Below, piece after piece: positions 44,632 to 54,891 of a stretch of DNA of 64,000 nucleotides. How positions within the stretch are numbered: position 1 is the stretch's first letter; every line of letters begins with the position of its first letter. The position numbers and the translations under genes are program-made. Below the pieces are notes generated by a model. It saw only the letters and a list, made by a program, of their open reading frames with translations. It did not search any database and was not told the origin of the DNA. Source of the stretch: a phage; assembly GCA_011939005.1 (NCBI GenBank), contig GCA_011939005.1_4858.1, one strand, 5' to 3'.

Positions 44632-47591
44632 TGACTACGAAAACGTACGACGCATTATCGAAAGACTTGCTGCTGATGGCACATAACCCATCGGCAATGC
44701 AGTCATTAATGCTGAACCAGCTCCAAGACGTGCAGGACGCCGACGGGCAAATCCTGCTACGTGACCCGACCGACCCGGTGGTCTACATGACCGAGGTCGG
44801 AATTACGATGGGCCACACGATTATCCAGGGCGATCGGGACACCATTCCGAAAATGTTCCCCTCTATGGCACAAACTCACGACGATCTGTTCCGCCACATG
44901 TCTGACGTGGATTATGTCGATGTTTTTGCCCAGCCATCACAAGCGACCTTACTGCTGCTTCTAGATGTCGACTCTCTATTAGCGAAGGCGATGCCGTTAA
45001 ACGTGGCAGGTATTCGTAAAGTCGTGATTCCACGGGATACCGTCTTTACTGTTTCAGGTTACAACTTTGCCATCCAGTATCCTATCGAAATTCGAGTGCT
45101 GCCGTATGGTACCGTTGATAATCCAGCCTTCCAGGTCTTGTGGATTACCGAAACCCAGTCACCGATATCGCCCGTAACCACTAACGCGTTGGACTGGGAG
45201 TTGACAAGTGTTCCTAGCACACCGTCGCAGATACTGGCCATCCGTATTCCGGTGATGCAGTACAGTGTAAAGGACGAGAACGATACGTTGTTGGGGCAGA
45301 ACACGTTTGTGATGACGCGCACGTTCACCAACAAGTTCTTCTACGCACGGGTGTGGAATAAACCGTCCAATTCAAACACCTGGACAGAAATCCATCACAC
45401 GCACAGTCGTGACGTTTACGATCCAAACACACCTACGGCGCTGATTCAAGTCGTTAACCAGTCCATTCGCTGTACGATACCGTCTATCTACATGGCGAAG
45501 AACCTGGTAAGTGGTGAAATCCGCATGGACGTATATACGACCATCGGGCCACTCGACCTCGACGTTTCTGCATTTCCGGCGGACGAGTACACCTTCTCAT
45601 TGCGCGACTTGAACGGTGAATACGATGCGGGATACATCAACCCGTTGAAATCATTCTCCATCAAAATGCTGGTTGCGGAAGAAGGCAGTTACGCCACTGG
45701 GGGGCGTACACAACTTTCGTTTGATGAGTTGCGTGACCGTGTGGTAAACAATGCAGTGGGGATTCGCAAACTGCCAGTAACAGAGAAGCAGTTAGAAGCC
45801 ACGGTATCGGATTACGGCCTGACCTTGTCCAAGCCGAACGATTACGTAACTGGGCGTACTTACTTCCTGACTGCGCCGATGCCGGAGTCCACGTTATCTA
45901 AAGTGAGTTCCCCTATCGGGACCATCACCGCCCCGCTGTACTTTAGCTGGGATGAACTGGTGAAACTGCCGACGGTCCGTATTAACGGCAACCGTTTGAC
46001 GATTGAGCCAGATACACTGTATCGCTTTACGGATACCAGTCTGCAAATCGATGCGGAGATGACCATCCTTGCGAAGACCATGCGTAAAGAAGATTTGGTT
46101 AACGCGGGTAACACTAACCGTTACCTGTTCACGCCGTTCCATTACGTGGTGGACATTAACAACAAATCTTGCGATGTTCGTATTTACCAACTCGATAAAC
46201 CGCAGCTAAACTCAAAACGTTTCGTTAGCACCAACGTGACAACGGAGCTGAGTGTTGTCACTGCAGATTATCAGATTGAGAAAACGGCCGAAGGTTATAT
46301 CCTGCGCACTGTGACTAAATCAGAACCGCCATACCAGGCGTTAAGTGATGACCAGGTCTTTGCGCAGATTTCCTTCTCGCCACGCAACGCAGACGGTAAG
46401 TTGGCGTACATCAACGGCACCTTAGTGGGTCGTCAAGGTTCGGAGCGTGTATGGGAATTCTTGTTGAAAACCAATCTCGATGTTGACCGTAACGATGAGT
46501 TGATTATCAACAACACCCGAATCACCACCGAAGTGGATGTGGACACACCTGCACCGTTGTTAACCGAGTATAACGTGTTCTACGGCTGTACGGGTTACTA
46601 CCCCGGTAATTACGAACGCGCTGAAATGGATACAATGATTGTACCGCCTGCGCGCGATGGTATTGGGATTACTCATGAGATTTTCAAAATCGAGCTGGGT
46701 AAAGCCATGTCCTATTACTGGCGAAAAGCACGTGCAGTAACGGACAGCATCAACTACGAATACTACCAGAAGGATGTTCTGGCGTATTGGGAAAAGGATG
46801 TTATTAAAACCAAAGACGACGGTGTAACGCCTGAGTATACGTACGACCCTAATGCTGTTCCACCGTTGCAAATCACGTACCTGCATCGTAAAGGCGATCC
46901 GAAAATAGACCCGGCCACCGGTGAACAAGAAATCGCACACCACGTTGGGGAGCAAATCTTCGACGGGAACGGTCAGCCTATTATTGCGAAACCGCGCAGT
47001 ATTAAGTTCCGTAGTGAAATGGCTGTCTTCGATGCCCGTTATAAGTTCGCAACCTCGAAAGCGGTTAAAGCGTACCTTGATAGCGTAATTGACAACATCA
47101 TCAACTATGTTACGGTGGTACTGCCTAATTTGAAACCACTGCTGTTGGAGCAAACTGAAGGCTTCTTTGTTCCTATCACCACGATGGGTTATATCGACGT
47201 ACGTACCGAAGACGGGGTTGTGTCACCACTGCCTGCTGAAAACCAGTTCACTGTCAAATATTACCTCACGGCAGCGAACCGCGCAAACAGCGAGCTTCTG
47301 GCACAAATCCGGAAACGGACTTCGCAAGTCATTAACGATTATCTGTCAACACATCTGACCGTTTCAGCAACCGAGATTGGTAATGCGCTACGCACCACGC
47401 TTAACGATGCCATTATCGGTGTTGAACTCGACGACATGGGGCCAGATAAAGACCTGCGACTGTTCACTGTCATTACCGAAGCGGCACGTGCCACGATTGG
47501 TAAGAAGCTCGATATCGAAGCCAACGGCGACATCGGTTTGAAAGATGACATCGTACTGTCGTACAACCGTCACGATACCGAAAAAGAATAA
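44631..47591 (+). CDS. hypothetical large protein (986 aa), possible structural protein
   Basis: long ORF translationally coupled to 43369-44631; followed by bidirectional terminator. Confidence 0.5.
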   Translation: MTTKTYDALSKDLLLMAHNPSAMQSLMLNQLQDVQDADGQILLRDPTDPVVYMTEVGITMGHTIIQGDRDTIPKMFPSMAQTHDDLFRHMSDVDYVDVFAQPSQATLLLLLDVDSLLAKAMPLNVAGIRKVVIPRDTVFTVSGYNFAIQYPIEIRVLPYGTVDNPAFQVLWITETQSPISPVTTNALDWELTSVPSTPSQILAIRIPVMQYSVKDENDTLLGQNTFVMTRTFTNKFFYARVWNKPSNSNTWTEIHHTHSRDVYDPNTPTALIQVVNQSIRCTIPSIYMAKNLVSGEIRMDVYTTIGPLDLDVSAFPADEYTFSLRDLNGEYDAGYINPLKSFSIKMLVAEEGSYATGGRTQLSFDELRDRVVNNAVGIRKLPVTEKQLEATVSDYGLTLSKPNDYVTGRTYFLTAPMPESTLSKVSSPIGTITAPLYFSWDELVKLPTVRINGNRLTIEPDTLYRFTDTSLQIDAEMTILAKTMRKEDLVNAGNTNRYLFTPFHYVVDINNKSCDVRIYQLDKPQLNSKRFVSTNVTTELSVVTADYQIEKTAEGYILRTVTKSEPPYQALSDDQVFAQISFSPRNADGKLAYINGTLVGRQGSERVWEFLLKTNLDVDRNDELIINNTRITTEVDVDTPAPLLTEYNVFYGCTGYYPGNYERAEMDTMIVPPARDGIGITHEIFKIELGKAMSYYWRKARAVTDSINYEYYQKDVLAYWEKDVIKTKDDGVTPEYTYDPNAVPPLQITYLHRKGDPKIDPATGEQEIAHHVGEQIFDGNGQPIIAKPRSIKFRSEMAVFDARYKFATSKAVKAYLDSVIDNIINYVTVVLPNLKPLLLEQTEGFFVPITTMGYIDVRTEDGVVSPLPAENQFTVKYYLTAANRANSELLAQIRKRTSQVINDYLSTHLTVSATEIGNALRTTLNDAIIGVELDDMGPDKDLRLFTVITEAARATIGKKLDIEANGDIGLKDDIVLSYNRHDTEKE

Positions 47592-47597
47592 AAAGCA

Positions 47598-47623
47598 CTA
47601 CCCTCTCCCGAAGGAGAGGGTAG
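47598..47623. terminator. bidirectional intrinsic terminator between convergent genes
   Basis: 11-bp stem CTACCCTCTCC/GGAGAGGGTAG with CGAA loop; T-run on + after, A-run before. Confidence 0.6.
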
Positions 47624-47632
47624 CCTTTTATT

Positions 47633-49366
47633 TTATTCGCCGTCAAGCATGTTTTTGCGATTATTGCCTTTCACCAACGGGTTACGTTTGGCCAGGTTCA
47701 GTATCGTCTGCAATGTAGCGGCAGCACTGCAACAACGACGCACCAACGACAGGTTACGACGCAAGCCGACGAAGAGGTCTTCGTCACCGTCTGGGGAGAA
47801 TAACACCATCGAGAGTTCACGACCGTCGGTACGCAGGCCAGAAGGCTGATTAAGCTCATTCATGATGACTTCGCTAATCAGGTTAACGTATTCAACGTTA
47901 TCCTTGGTTGCTTTCTGGAACTGCTCCAACACTTTAATCGTGTTGTTAACCGCCTTATCCAGTGCACTGTAACGATTCAGGTTAGTCGCAGCGGTGTCGT
48001 TGGTAAAGCCTTGTTTACCTAACGTTACCACTACAGCCAGCAACTCACGTTCGTCACCAACCGATAACGTGCCTGCCTGGCGCATTTGCTCTAAGCACTC
48101 GCGTCCCAAGAACGCAGATGCTTGTGCGTTGACCAATACCTTACCAGGCACGAAGTCCACACCATCGTCATGACCCACTAAACCACGAACTTTGTTTTCT
48201 GGGATAACGACCAAAGGTGCAGTAGCGTATTCGAATCCTTTGCGGGAAACGTCGCTGATGATGAAGTTCATCGTGGTGTTCAGCTGCGCTAACGCCTGAC
48301 CGAAAATAAGCGCGGTGTCGTGTGCTGCTTTGTTAACTTGCTTACCGTTGTGCGTGGTGGTTGAACCTTGCTGATTCTTAAAACCTTCGGCGACGCTTGG
48401 GTCAATCATCGCTTTAAAGGCACTCTGGAGCGAGCCAAAGTAACCGATAAGTTCGCTGGCAACATTCGACATCTGATGGAAGTTCAACAGGTTCGGAATA
48501 CGCACACCGGCTTCGCGAGCAGACTTCGGTAACGCCTGCCAGGCTTTCTTACCCACTTCAATCGGGTAGATACCGTACGTCACGTTGTGTTGTAACAGGG
48601 TGTCTAACAGATCGTGAATAACCTGCTGGCTTGACTGACGTTTCTTAGTGTAGCCTTTGAACAACTCAGTGAACGGCGAACGACCCAGCGCGCTACTCAA
48701 GTCGTTCAGATACTCTTCCGCGTTCATGTTCGTAAACACTTCGTCGGCCATCGCGATAGCCAAGTTCAGGTTTTCCAGGTCACGACCTTTCAGACCCTTA
48801 GAGGCTTCGATGTATGCATCTTTCACTGCGCTGATTTTCAGCTGACCAATGATAGTATTTTCGGTCTGGGAGAAACTCTCTGCTTTTTCGCCGACTTTCT
48901 CAGCGTAACCTTCGCCGTCAAATTCGCCATTACCAGCAAACCCGTTACCGTTGCTGATAATCCAACCGATGATTTTGATAATCGCGGTCATGATCAACAC
49001 AACCAATCCCACTTTACCTGCATTTGCCCAGGATTCGAGCGCAACAATAGTCTCTTTCTGGTGCGTGCGGGTATAGTTCGAGGTCAGGATTTTGCGAACG
49101 GCTTCGGGAATTGTACCTGGGCGAGAAGATTCAACAGCGACAGCGACATCTTTCGACAGACCTGCGCGACGCACTTCGTCAAGAATCGCGTCAATTTGCA
49201 GAATCAGTCGAGAGCCGTAGATTAAGTCAGCTTCGTTGCGTTGCATGTACAGATTGAGCTGGTTGACAGAATCAATACGCTCGGCCATACGTGAACGCAG
49301 GACTTCACCGATCTCCCCCAAACGCCATTTGGGGTGGGTGGCGTTACCTGTCATTTCCATGCTCAT
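47633..49366 (-). CDS. hypothetical membrane-anchored protein
   Basis: 577-aa ORF; hydrophobic segment VGLVVLIMTAIIKIIGWII; stop of upstream gene overlaps start. Confidence 0.5.
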   Translation of the reverse strand: MSMEMTGNATHPKWRLGEIGEVLRSRMAERIDSVNQLNLYMQRNEADLIYGSRLILQIDAILDEVRRAGLSKDVAVAVESSRPGTIPEAVRKILTSNYTRTHQKETIVALESWANAGKVGLVVLIMTAIIKIIGWIISNGNGFAGNGEFDGEGYAEKVGEKAESFSQTENTIIGQLKISAVKDAYIEASKGLKGRDLENLNLAIAMADEVFTNMNAEEYLNDLSSALGRSPFTELFKGYTKKRQSSQQVIHDLLDTLLQHNVTYGIYPIEVGKKAWQALPKSAREAGVRIPNLLNFHQMSNVASELIGYFGSLQSAFKAMIDPSVAEGFKNQQGSTTTHNGKQVNKAAHDTALIFGQALAQLNTTMNFIISDVSRKGFEYATAPLVVIPENKVRGLVGHDDGVDFVPGKVLVNAQASAFLGRECLEQMRQAGTLSVGDERELLAVVVTLGKQGFTNDTAATNLNRYSALDKAVNNTIKVLEQFQKATKDNVEYVNLISEVIMNELNQPSGLRTDGRELSMVLFSPDGDEDLFVGLRRNLSLVRRCCSAAATLQTILNLAKRNPLVKGNNRKNMLDGE

Positions 49367-49806
49367 GAAATTTGCCCTTTCAGTTCTGCCATGTAGAAAC
49401 CAACCACTTCCATAAAGCGGCTAATCCACAGACCGACGGTTTCCCAGATATCTTCCCCGAGTGCCTGGTTGAAAATCTCACGAACAGAGAAACTTTCCAG
49501 GGCTTTAGCGCCGCCATACACGTTGCAGTAACGATTGCAGTACAGACCCACGGTCATGTCCTCAATCACGCCCAAATCAACACAGTACAGCTCGTTAACG
49601 TCAGAGACGATATTACGCATTACCGGACGTAAAAACGTCCCAGCGGCCTCTGCAGCGCCATATTGGCCATTATCAGCCAGTACCGCGTTATACGCCAGTG
49701 AGAAAGCAACCAGGCCGGTCAAAGCACGCTGGGCGTGTACGCCTTTCCCTTCGTTGGTACGTTTGAAATCCAGTACCAGGTTATTTAAAGAAACTTTATG
49801 CGTCAT
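49363..49806 (-). CDS. hypothetical protein
   Basis: 147-aa ORF with AAGGGTA SD. Confidence 0.45.
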   Translation of the reverse strand: MTHKVSLNNLVLDFKRTNEGKGVHAQRALTGLVAFSLAYNAVLADNGQYGAAEAAGTFLRPVMRNIVSDVNELYCVDLGVIEDMTVGLYCNRYCNVYGGAKALESFSVREIFNQALGEDIWETVGLWISRFMEVVGFYMAELKGQIS

Positions 49807-49821
49807 GTTAAGTACCCTTAC

Positions 49822-51174
49822 TTAGGAAGAAGTCGCCTGACTAAGCTTCGCAGAAGCCACACGCAGGTCATTAGAAAGATAGCGCTCCATCGTACGCTGA
49901 TAATCCACCCCAGCACGTTCACGGCGACCGCCAGGGGTCAGCGTTTTCATGATGAAGCTAAAGACGTTGTCTTTGTCTTTCACGGTTTTCAGTAGTTCGT
50001 CGATAGACGCAATGCCCTGCAGAATACGTTTACGATGTTCGTTCGCTTCTTTCGTGGTACTGCCTTTTAAGGTGTTCAGCTCTTCCACTAAGTTACGACG
50101 CATCGTCTCAAAACGTTCCTGCGGCGGATCGTAGATGGTGTTGCGTGGGTCGTTCACAATCAGGCCGAACGCGACTGAGATAGTCGTGAAGAACAGGCCA
50201 ACTGGATTAGTCGAAGCCACAATCAGCAGCGAAACGTTAAGCATCTCCAGCATCAGATGCACGCCGTAGTTCATGTACGACGCGTTCCGGCAGAGATAGA
50301 ATTGAGACGTTTCGATTTTGTACAGGGCTGACGCCAGGTACGGGGCTGCACCAAAGCGAGCTGCGAAGTCATCTGCAGCACGTTCCCAGGTACGGTTAGC
50401 GAACCCTTCCGAACCGGTAACAAACGGACGCTCAAGCAGAATGTCTGTCACTAGATGCATGTAGATGTTCTCTTTAGACATCTCTTTGCAGATAGTTTCC
50501 GGCTGATTCACTTTGGTGTTCAGCATACGTTCAACGTCTTTTACGACTTTTAAACGCACGGTCGGGTCTTCTGTTTGCATCATGCGGTTCGCTGCAGCAT
50601 CCGCAATCAGGTTCGTTACTACCGTACGCATCAAGGTACGGAAATAGTAATAGATGTGGCCGACTTCATGTAGAATAATCGCCGCGACTTCTAAATCCGT
50701 TAACTCGATACCGGTCAGTAGTTTCGGGGTCAGCCAAAGTGGGGACGGCACCTTGCTGAGTTCGCCTGAAAGCTTCGCATTTTTATCGTCGAACTCGCCG
50801 TTCAGCTCGTTCTCTTTTAAGAACTTACTGTAGACATCCAGGTCGATGTTACCCTGCACCATCTTGCGTTGCAGGTCGGCGATGATTGGGTTGTTCGCGT
50901 CGAGCTTCGGTGGCTCCACACCCGCAAACACAACGTCCGCCACACCTAAGTCGGACCCGTTACGAGGCAGGACTGTAATACCGTTGTTGTCAAAGACCCA
51001 GGCAGCAATACCAGAACTCTGATAACCCGCTGGCGAGAAGTCGCCCGCATCACGGAACTTACGTACCACTTCCGCCAAAGAGGCGAGTTTCTTTTTATCT
51101 TGGAATCCGATGGATTCCGAGGCCACGGCTTTCGCGTCGGCCAACGAGGTTATGTGCTTTTGCCAGTGTCCCAT
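49822..51174 (-). CDS. HExxH zinc metallopeptidase-like membrane protein, putative
   Basis: AIILHEVGHIYYY contains HExxH; C-terminal hydrophobic helices (VSLLIVASTNPVGLFFTTISVAFGLIV); AAAGGAACG SD. Confidence 0.4.
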   Translation of the reverse strand: MGHWQKHITSLADAKAVASESIGFQDKKKLASLAEVVRKFRDAGDFSPAGYQSSGIAAWVFDNNGITVLPRNGSDLGVADVVFAGVEPPKLDANNPIIADLQRKMVQGNIDLDVYSKFLKENELNGEFDDKNAKLSGELSKVPSPLWLTPKLLTGIELTDLEVAAIILHEVGHIYYYFRTLMRTVVTNLIADAAANRMMQTEDPTVRLKVVKDVERMLNTKVNQPETICKEMSKENIYMHLVTDILLERPFVTGSEGFANRTWERAADDFAARFGAAPYLASALYKIETSQFYLCRNASYMNYGVHLMLEMLNVSLLIVASTNPVGLFFTTISVAFGLIVNDPRNTIYDPPQERFETMRRNLVEELNTLKGSTTKEANEHRKRILQGIASIDELLKTVKDKDNVFSFIMKTLTPGGRRERAGVDYQRTMERYLSNDLRVASAKLSQATSS

Positions 51175-51244
51175 TTAGACGTTCCTTTTAGAAAATACGT
51201 TACCCACAAATCAGTATAGCAGACACCATATTTGAGAGTAGACC

Positions 51245-53029
51245 ATGGAAATCAATACCTATTACGCACCCGAGGATGTCATCGCTAAAGAGTGCAAGCA
51301 CGTCGCTTATGCGACGGACGAAGAAAAAGAAAATGACTTTGTCCTCATCAAAGAGGTCATCCATACTAAGGATGGCAGGCTTATCCCGCGCTTGGTAATG
51401 CGTGAGAATTTAAAGCGTCCGGTGTACGTTACCCGTGAAGAATATCGTAACCACCAGGAGAAAAAAGAGTTCGAAGAAAAAGGAAAATGTCAAGAACTCT
51501 GGACTACTGATGCGCAGATGGCGAAGACGTTGCAGATGGGTTTAGGTGCACGTTTCCCTGACCCGAAAAAGAACCTGCGCCGAGTCTGTACTAGCCCGTA
51601 CGTTTATTGGGCCGACTTACCGATTACCAGCTGGATTAAACAGAAATACTTAAAGCGCTGGCCGAACAATATCAGTCCTAACCGTCTTTGCGTATACGAC
51701 GTGGAGACTAACGAAATGGACGGCACGAAGGAACCGTGGATCGTGTCATTTATCTTAGACGATGAAATCCATTTCTTTGGTGCTAAGAACTACATGGACC
51801 GCATCGGTAAAAACGCGGAAGAAGTCATTCTCAAAAAAGCGCAGGAACTCTTAAGCAAAATCGAATTCGATGAGAAAGACAAAAAGACTGGCGAAAAGGT
51901 GACAAAGACCAAAGACATTATCAGCGGTTATAAAATATTCACCTATACCTGCGCTACGGCAGGGCAGTGCATCGTCAGGATGTTCGAAGAAATTCATCCA
52001 CGTCTTCCTGATTTGCTGGTCGCATGGAACCACCAGTTCGATATTTCACGCATGTTGGAAACCTTGCAGAAAGAAGGTATCGATCCACTGGGCGTCTTTA
52101 ACCATCCGGATGTTCCGGAGAAATACCGTCGTCTATGGTTTAAAGAAGACCAGGCGAACAAAAAGACAGAATCCAAGTCACTCACCAAAGCACCGTCACA
52201 ACAGTGGCACGTACTCTACTGTACTGCGTCTTTCTACTGTGTGGATGCCATGGTGCTGTTTCGTTCGTTGCGTGTCCACGAAGGGCAACGTCCTTCGTAC
52301 AAGTTATCTGCCATACTGTACACCGAACTCGGTTTACACAAACTCGACATTCCTGGACTGCCGTATGAAGATAACCTGCAATGGCACATAAAAGCACAAC
52401 GGGACTACCCTGCCGAATATGCCGTATACAACATGATGGATAACTTGTTAATCGTGTTGCTGGATAAGAAGACGAACGACCTGTCTTCAGCAATATCCAT
52501 TCTGGCAGGTTTCTCAATGTACGATATCTTCCCGTCGCTACCAAAACGTATCTGCGTGGCCTTTACCTATTATCTGTATGACAAAGGATACGTCATCGGT
52601 TCCGTAGGGTCTGCAATGCGTAACGATTACGATGAAGAGGTTATCGGTACAGACGGTTGGATTGTTACCCTGACAGCATGTATGAATGCTGAGAACGGTC
52701 TGAATAACATTCTGGAGGAGATTGACGAATATTACTCTGCGTTCCGTGGACAAACTGCGGATGCGGACTTAACCCAGGCTTACCCATCGGCCACAAACAT
52801 GATGAACCAGTCTCGTGAGACCACACTCATTGAGCTGCTATCCATCAATGGGGTTAGTGAAGAGATTCGACGTCGCACGGGCGTCAACTTAACTGCTGGG
52901 CGAGTTAATGCCATGGAAATAGCGACAGACTTCTTCTGCTTACCGGACAAAGACACTGTCCTGTCTACGTTCTTACGTAAGCAAGGGGAAGTAGTGACAG
53001 AGCCTATGGAGTACATCTGCGGGTTCTAA
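51245..53029 (+). CDS. DEDDy-type 3'-5' exonuclease domain protein
   Basis: Exo I VYDVETNE, Exo II NHQFDISRM, Exo III YNMMD at family-B-polymerase-like spacing; no polymerase motif A (DxxSLYPS) or C (DTD) seen. Confidence 0.45.
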   Translation: MEINTYYAPEDVIAKECKHVAYATDEEKENDFVLIKEVIHTKDGRLIPRLVMRENLKRPVYVTREEYRNHQEKKEFEEKGKCQELWTTDAQMAKTLQMGLGARFPDPKKNLRRVCTSPYVYWADLPITSWIKQKYLKRWPNNISPNRLCVYDVETNEMDGTKEPWIVSFILDDEIHFFGAKNYMDRIGKNAEEVILKKAQELLSKIEFDEKDKKTGEKVTKTKDIISGYKIFTYTCATAGQCIVRMFEEIHPRLPDLLVAWNHQFDISRMLETLQKEGIDPLGVFNHPDVPEKYRRLWFKEDQANKKTESKSLTKAPSQQWHVLYCTASFYCVDAMVLFRSLRVHEGQRPSYKLSAILYTELGLHKLDIPGLPYEDNLQWHIKAQRDYPAEYAVYNMMDNLLIVLLDKKTNDLSSAISILAGFSMYDIFPSLPKRICVAFTYYLYDKGYVIGSVGSAMRNDYDEEVIGTDGWIVTLTACMNAENGLNNILEEIDEYYSAFRGQTADADLTQAYPSATNMMNQSRETTLIELLSINGVSEEIRRRTGVNLTAGRVNAMEIATDFFCLPDKDTVLSTFLRKQGEVVTEPMEYICGF

Positions 53030-53045
53030 AACAAAAAAAGAAAGG

Positions 53046-53069
53046 CCTCTCTACCCTAGGGTAGAGAGG
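53046..53069. terminator. bidirectional intrinsic terminator between convergent genes
   Basis: stem CCTCTCTAC/GTAGAGAGG; T-run on + after (53072-53080) and A-run before (53030-53045). Confidence 0.55.
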
Positions 53070-53078
53070 TACTTTTAT

Positions 53079-53579
53079 TTAACCGCCAAAGGCGTGCATA
53101 ACCAGCGAACGCAGGTCCGGGTCGTTCAGGCGACGGGCCAGGCGGTCAACATCGTTGGTATCACGAAAACGGCCTTTATCGGCGCAACGTGCGTAACGAA
53201 TCAGCATGTTAATAAAGATAACGAAGACTTCACGCTCGTCACGATTCGGGAAGTTCTCACTGATACGGTTATTAGCAGCCGGTGCGTAGAAAATACCGTT
53301 ACGGTGCTTATTAGCCGCTTCTACAAAGGCGTAGAAACCGTCCAGGAAGGCCTGACCGCGCAGTTTAAACAGCTCACGGAAAGAGTGATGCAGCTTATTA
53401 TACGCATCTTTCTCAGCCTGGGTACCAGATGCTTTGCGTGGACCGGCATTGTTACCTGCTTCATCGAGCATCGTGGTGATCAGTTTAACACGATATTGGT
53501 CGTCGTTGCTGTAAGAAGCGCTATCACGGACCACGCCTTCTGTACGCGGGTCAAGGGTAGTAGTGTCTTTCTTAGTCAT
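53079..53579 (-). CDS. hypothetical protein
   Basis: start at ATG 53579 with AAGGA SD. Confidence 0.45.
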   Translation of the reverse strand: MTKKDTTTLDPRTEGVVRDSASYSNDDQYRVKLITTMLDEAGNNAGPRKASGTQAEKDAYNKLHHSFRELFKLRGQAFLDGFYAFVEAANKHRNGIFYAPAANNRISENFPNRDEREVFVIFINMLIRYARCADKGRFRDTNDVDRLARRLNDPDLRSLVMHAFGG

Positions 53580-53592
53580 GAGGAAACAATCC

Positions 53593-54891
53593 TTAGGTGA
53601 TGTGGAATTTAGGGATGTACTCTTTAACCACGGTTTCACGACCGTGCATCGCACCCATTGCAGTGGTCATAACGTTCGAGAAGCCGGAAGAGATATCCGC
53701 AGCGATTGCCCGTGGCTCTTCTGCTTTGTGTGCAGAGGAGCACGCCGCACAACAGTCTACGTGACCTTGCTGACATAAGATGGGTCGGCGGAGTCGAACA
53801 ACTTTACCAAATTGAGTTTTCAAATACTCTTCGGTGAGTTGGGTAACTTTACCGTTAACCATCGCGTTCATGCCAACATAACGCTTGTAGTTATACTGGT
53901 TAATTACAACTGCATGTGTCAGTTTTGTCCCGCAATCACCAGGTACGATTTTGTGGTTCTGGAAGATCATCTGGATGATACGTACTTGCTCACCACCCTT
54001 AGCGGTTTCTGCACCACGCATGAAGGAACCTTCACGAGTGTCATTGAACTTCTCTACCAGGTACTTCATCCCGGTCTGATCAACTTCCATCAGACTCGTT
54101 GGGATTAAGGTAAAATCTGCACCTTCTTTAAAAGCGGTCTGAATACCATACATCAGCATCAGCTTACGGCGACGCATACGCGCTTTAGGCGAGCTGTAGA
54201 ACTCAACGGACTGGTCGCCACTCAACCACTCTTTATCAAGTTCGTCGAGAGCTTTTTCAATCATAACGATAACCGCAGGGTTATCCAGTTCGTCTTTGTG
54301 CTTCAACAGCAACGCATCACGTACCTTATACGCGTCAGGATGCGTTGTAAGGCTTCTAATTGTTCCTGTTGGGACAATCCCACGACACAACGGAGCAAGC
54401 TCGTGTAGACCCCCTACAAAGCGTCCTATCATGTACGGTCGAATCGCGTCTTCGTTGTCTGGATCGGTGTCATCATATTCCACACAACGCTCATACATCT
54501 CTTTACGGTAGGCTAGTGGGTCACGAGACTCTGCCAGATACGGGAGACGGGTACCGAAAGCGTAATAGATAGCAATCCAGTTAAAGACATAGCGACCCAC
54601 GGTAGTCGGAATGGGACCAGCTAAACCTGGGTACATCTCAGGACGCAATTCAAACTGCTCTTCCGGCACGAACAGCCCTTCATCTTTTTTGCACCCTTCA
54701 ATCGGCACCCATTTAATTTCTTCGTTTTCCCAGTAGTGGGGCAAGCCGTCAATGTAGTTCAGGTCGTATTGCTCAGGTGGCTCACCTTTTTCATTAAAGA
54801 TAGCCACGTTGAAAACCGCAATACGCCACACCAGTCTACGCCAAGCTTCTGCTTTACACGCAGCGACCAGATAATCAATCTTGTTCATCAT
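53593..54891 (-). CDS. RNA polymerase beta-prime C-terminal-like subunit (paralog 1)
   Basis: GDCGTKLTH and RLRRPILCQQGHVDCCAACSS parallel beta-prime DDCGTHEG and VRSVVSCDTDFGVCAHCYG; GGAGGTAG SD. Confidence 0.45.
   Translation of the reverse strand: MMNKIDYLVAACKAEAWRRLVWRIAVFNVAIFNEKGEPPEQYDLNYIDGLPHYWENEEIKWVPIEGCKKDEGLFVPEEQFELRPEMYPGLAGPIPTTVGRYVFNWIAIYYAFGTRLPYLAESRDPLAYRKEMYERCVEYDDTDPDNEDAIRPYMIGRFVGGLHELAPLCRGIVPTGTIRSLTTHPDAYKVRDALLLKHKDELDNPAVIVMIEKALDELDKEWLSGDQSVEFYSSPKARMRRRKLMLMYGIQTAFKEGADFTLIPTSLMEVDQTGMKYLVEKFNDTREGSFMRGAETAKGGEQVRIIQMIFQNHKIVPGDCGTKLTHAVVINQYNYKRYVGMNAMVNGKVTQLTEEYLKTQFGKVVRLRRPILCQQGHVDCCAACSSAHKAEEPRAIAADISSGFSNVMTTAMGAMHGRETVVKEYIPKFHIT

Noticed and set aside
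51245-53029. Complete family B DNA polymerase
   Set aside because: Only the exonuclease motifs are present; polymerase motifs A, B and C were not found, so it is called an exonuclease domain protein.
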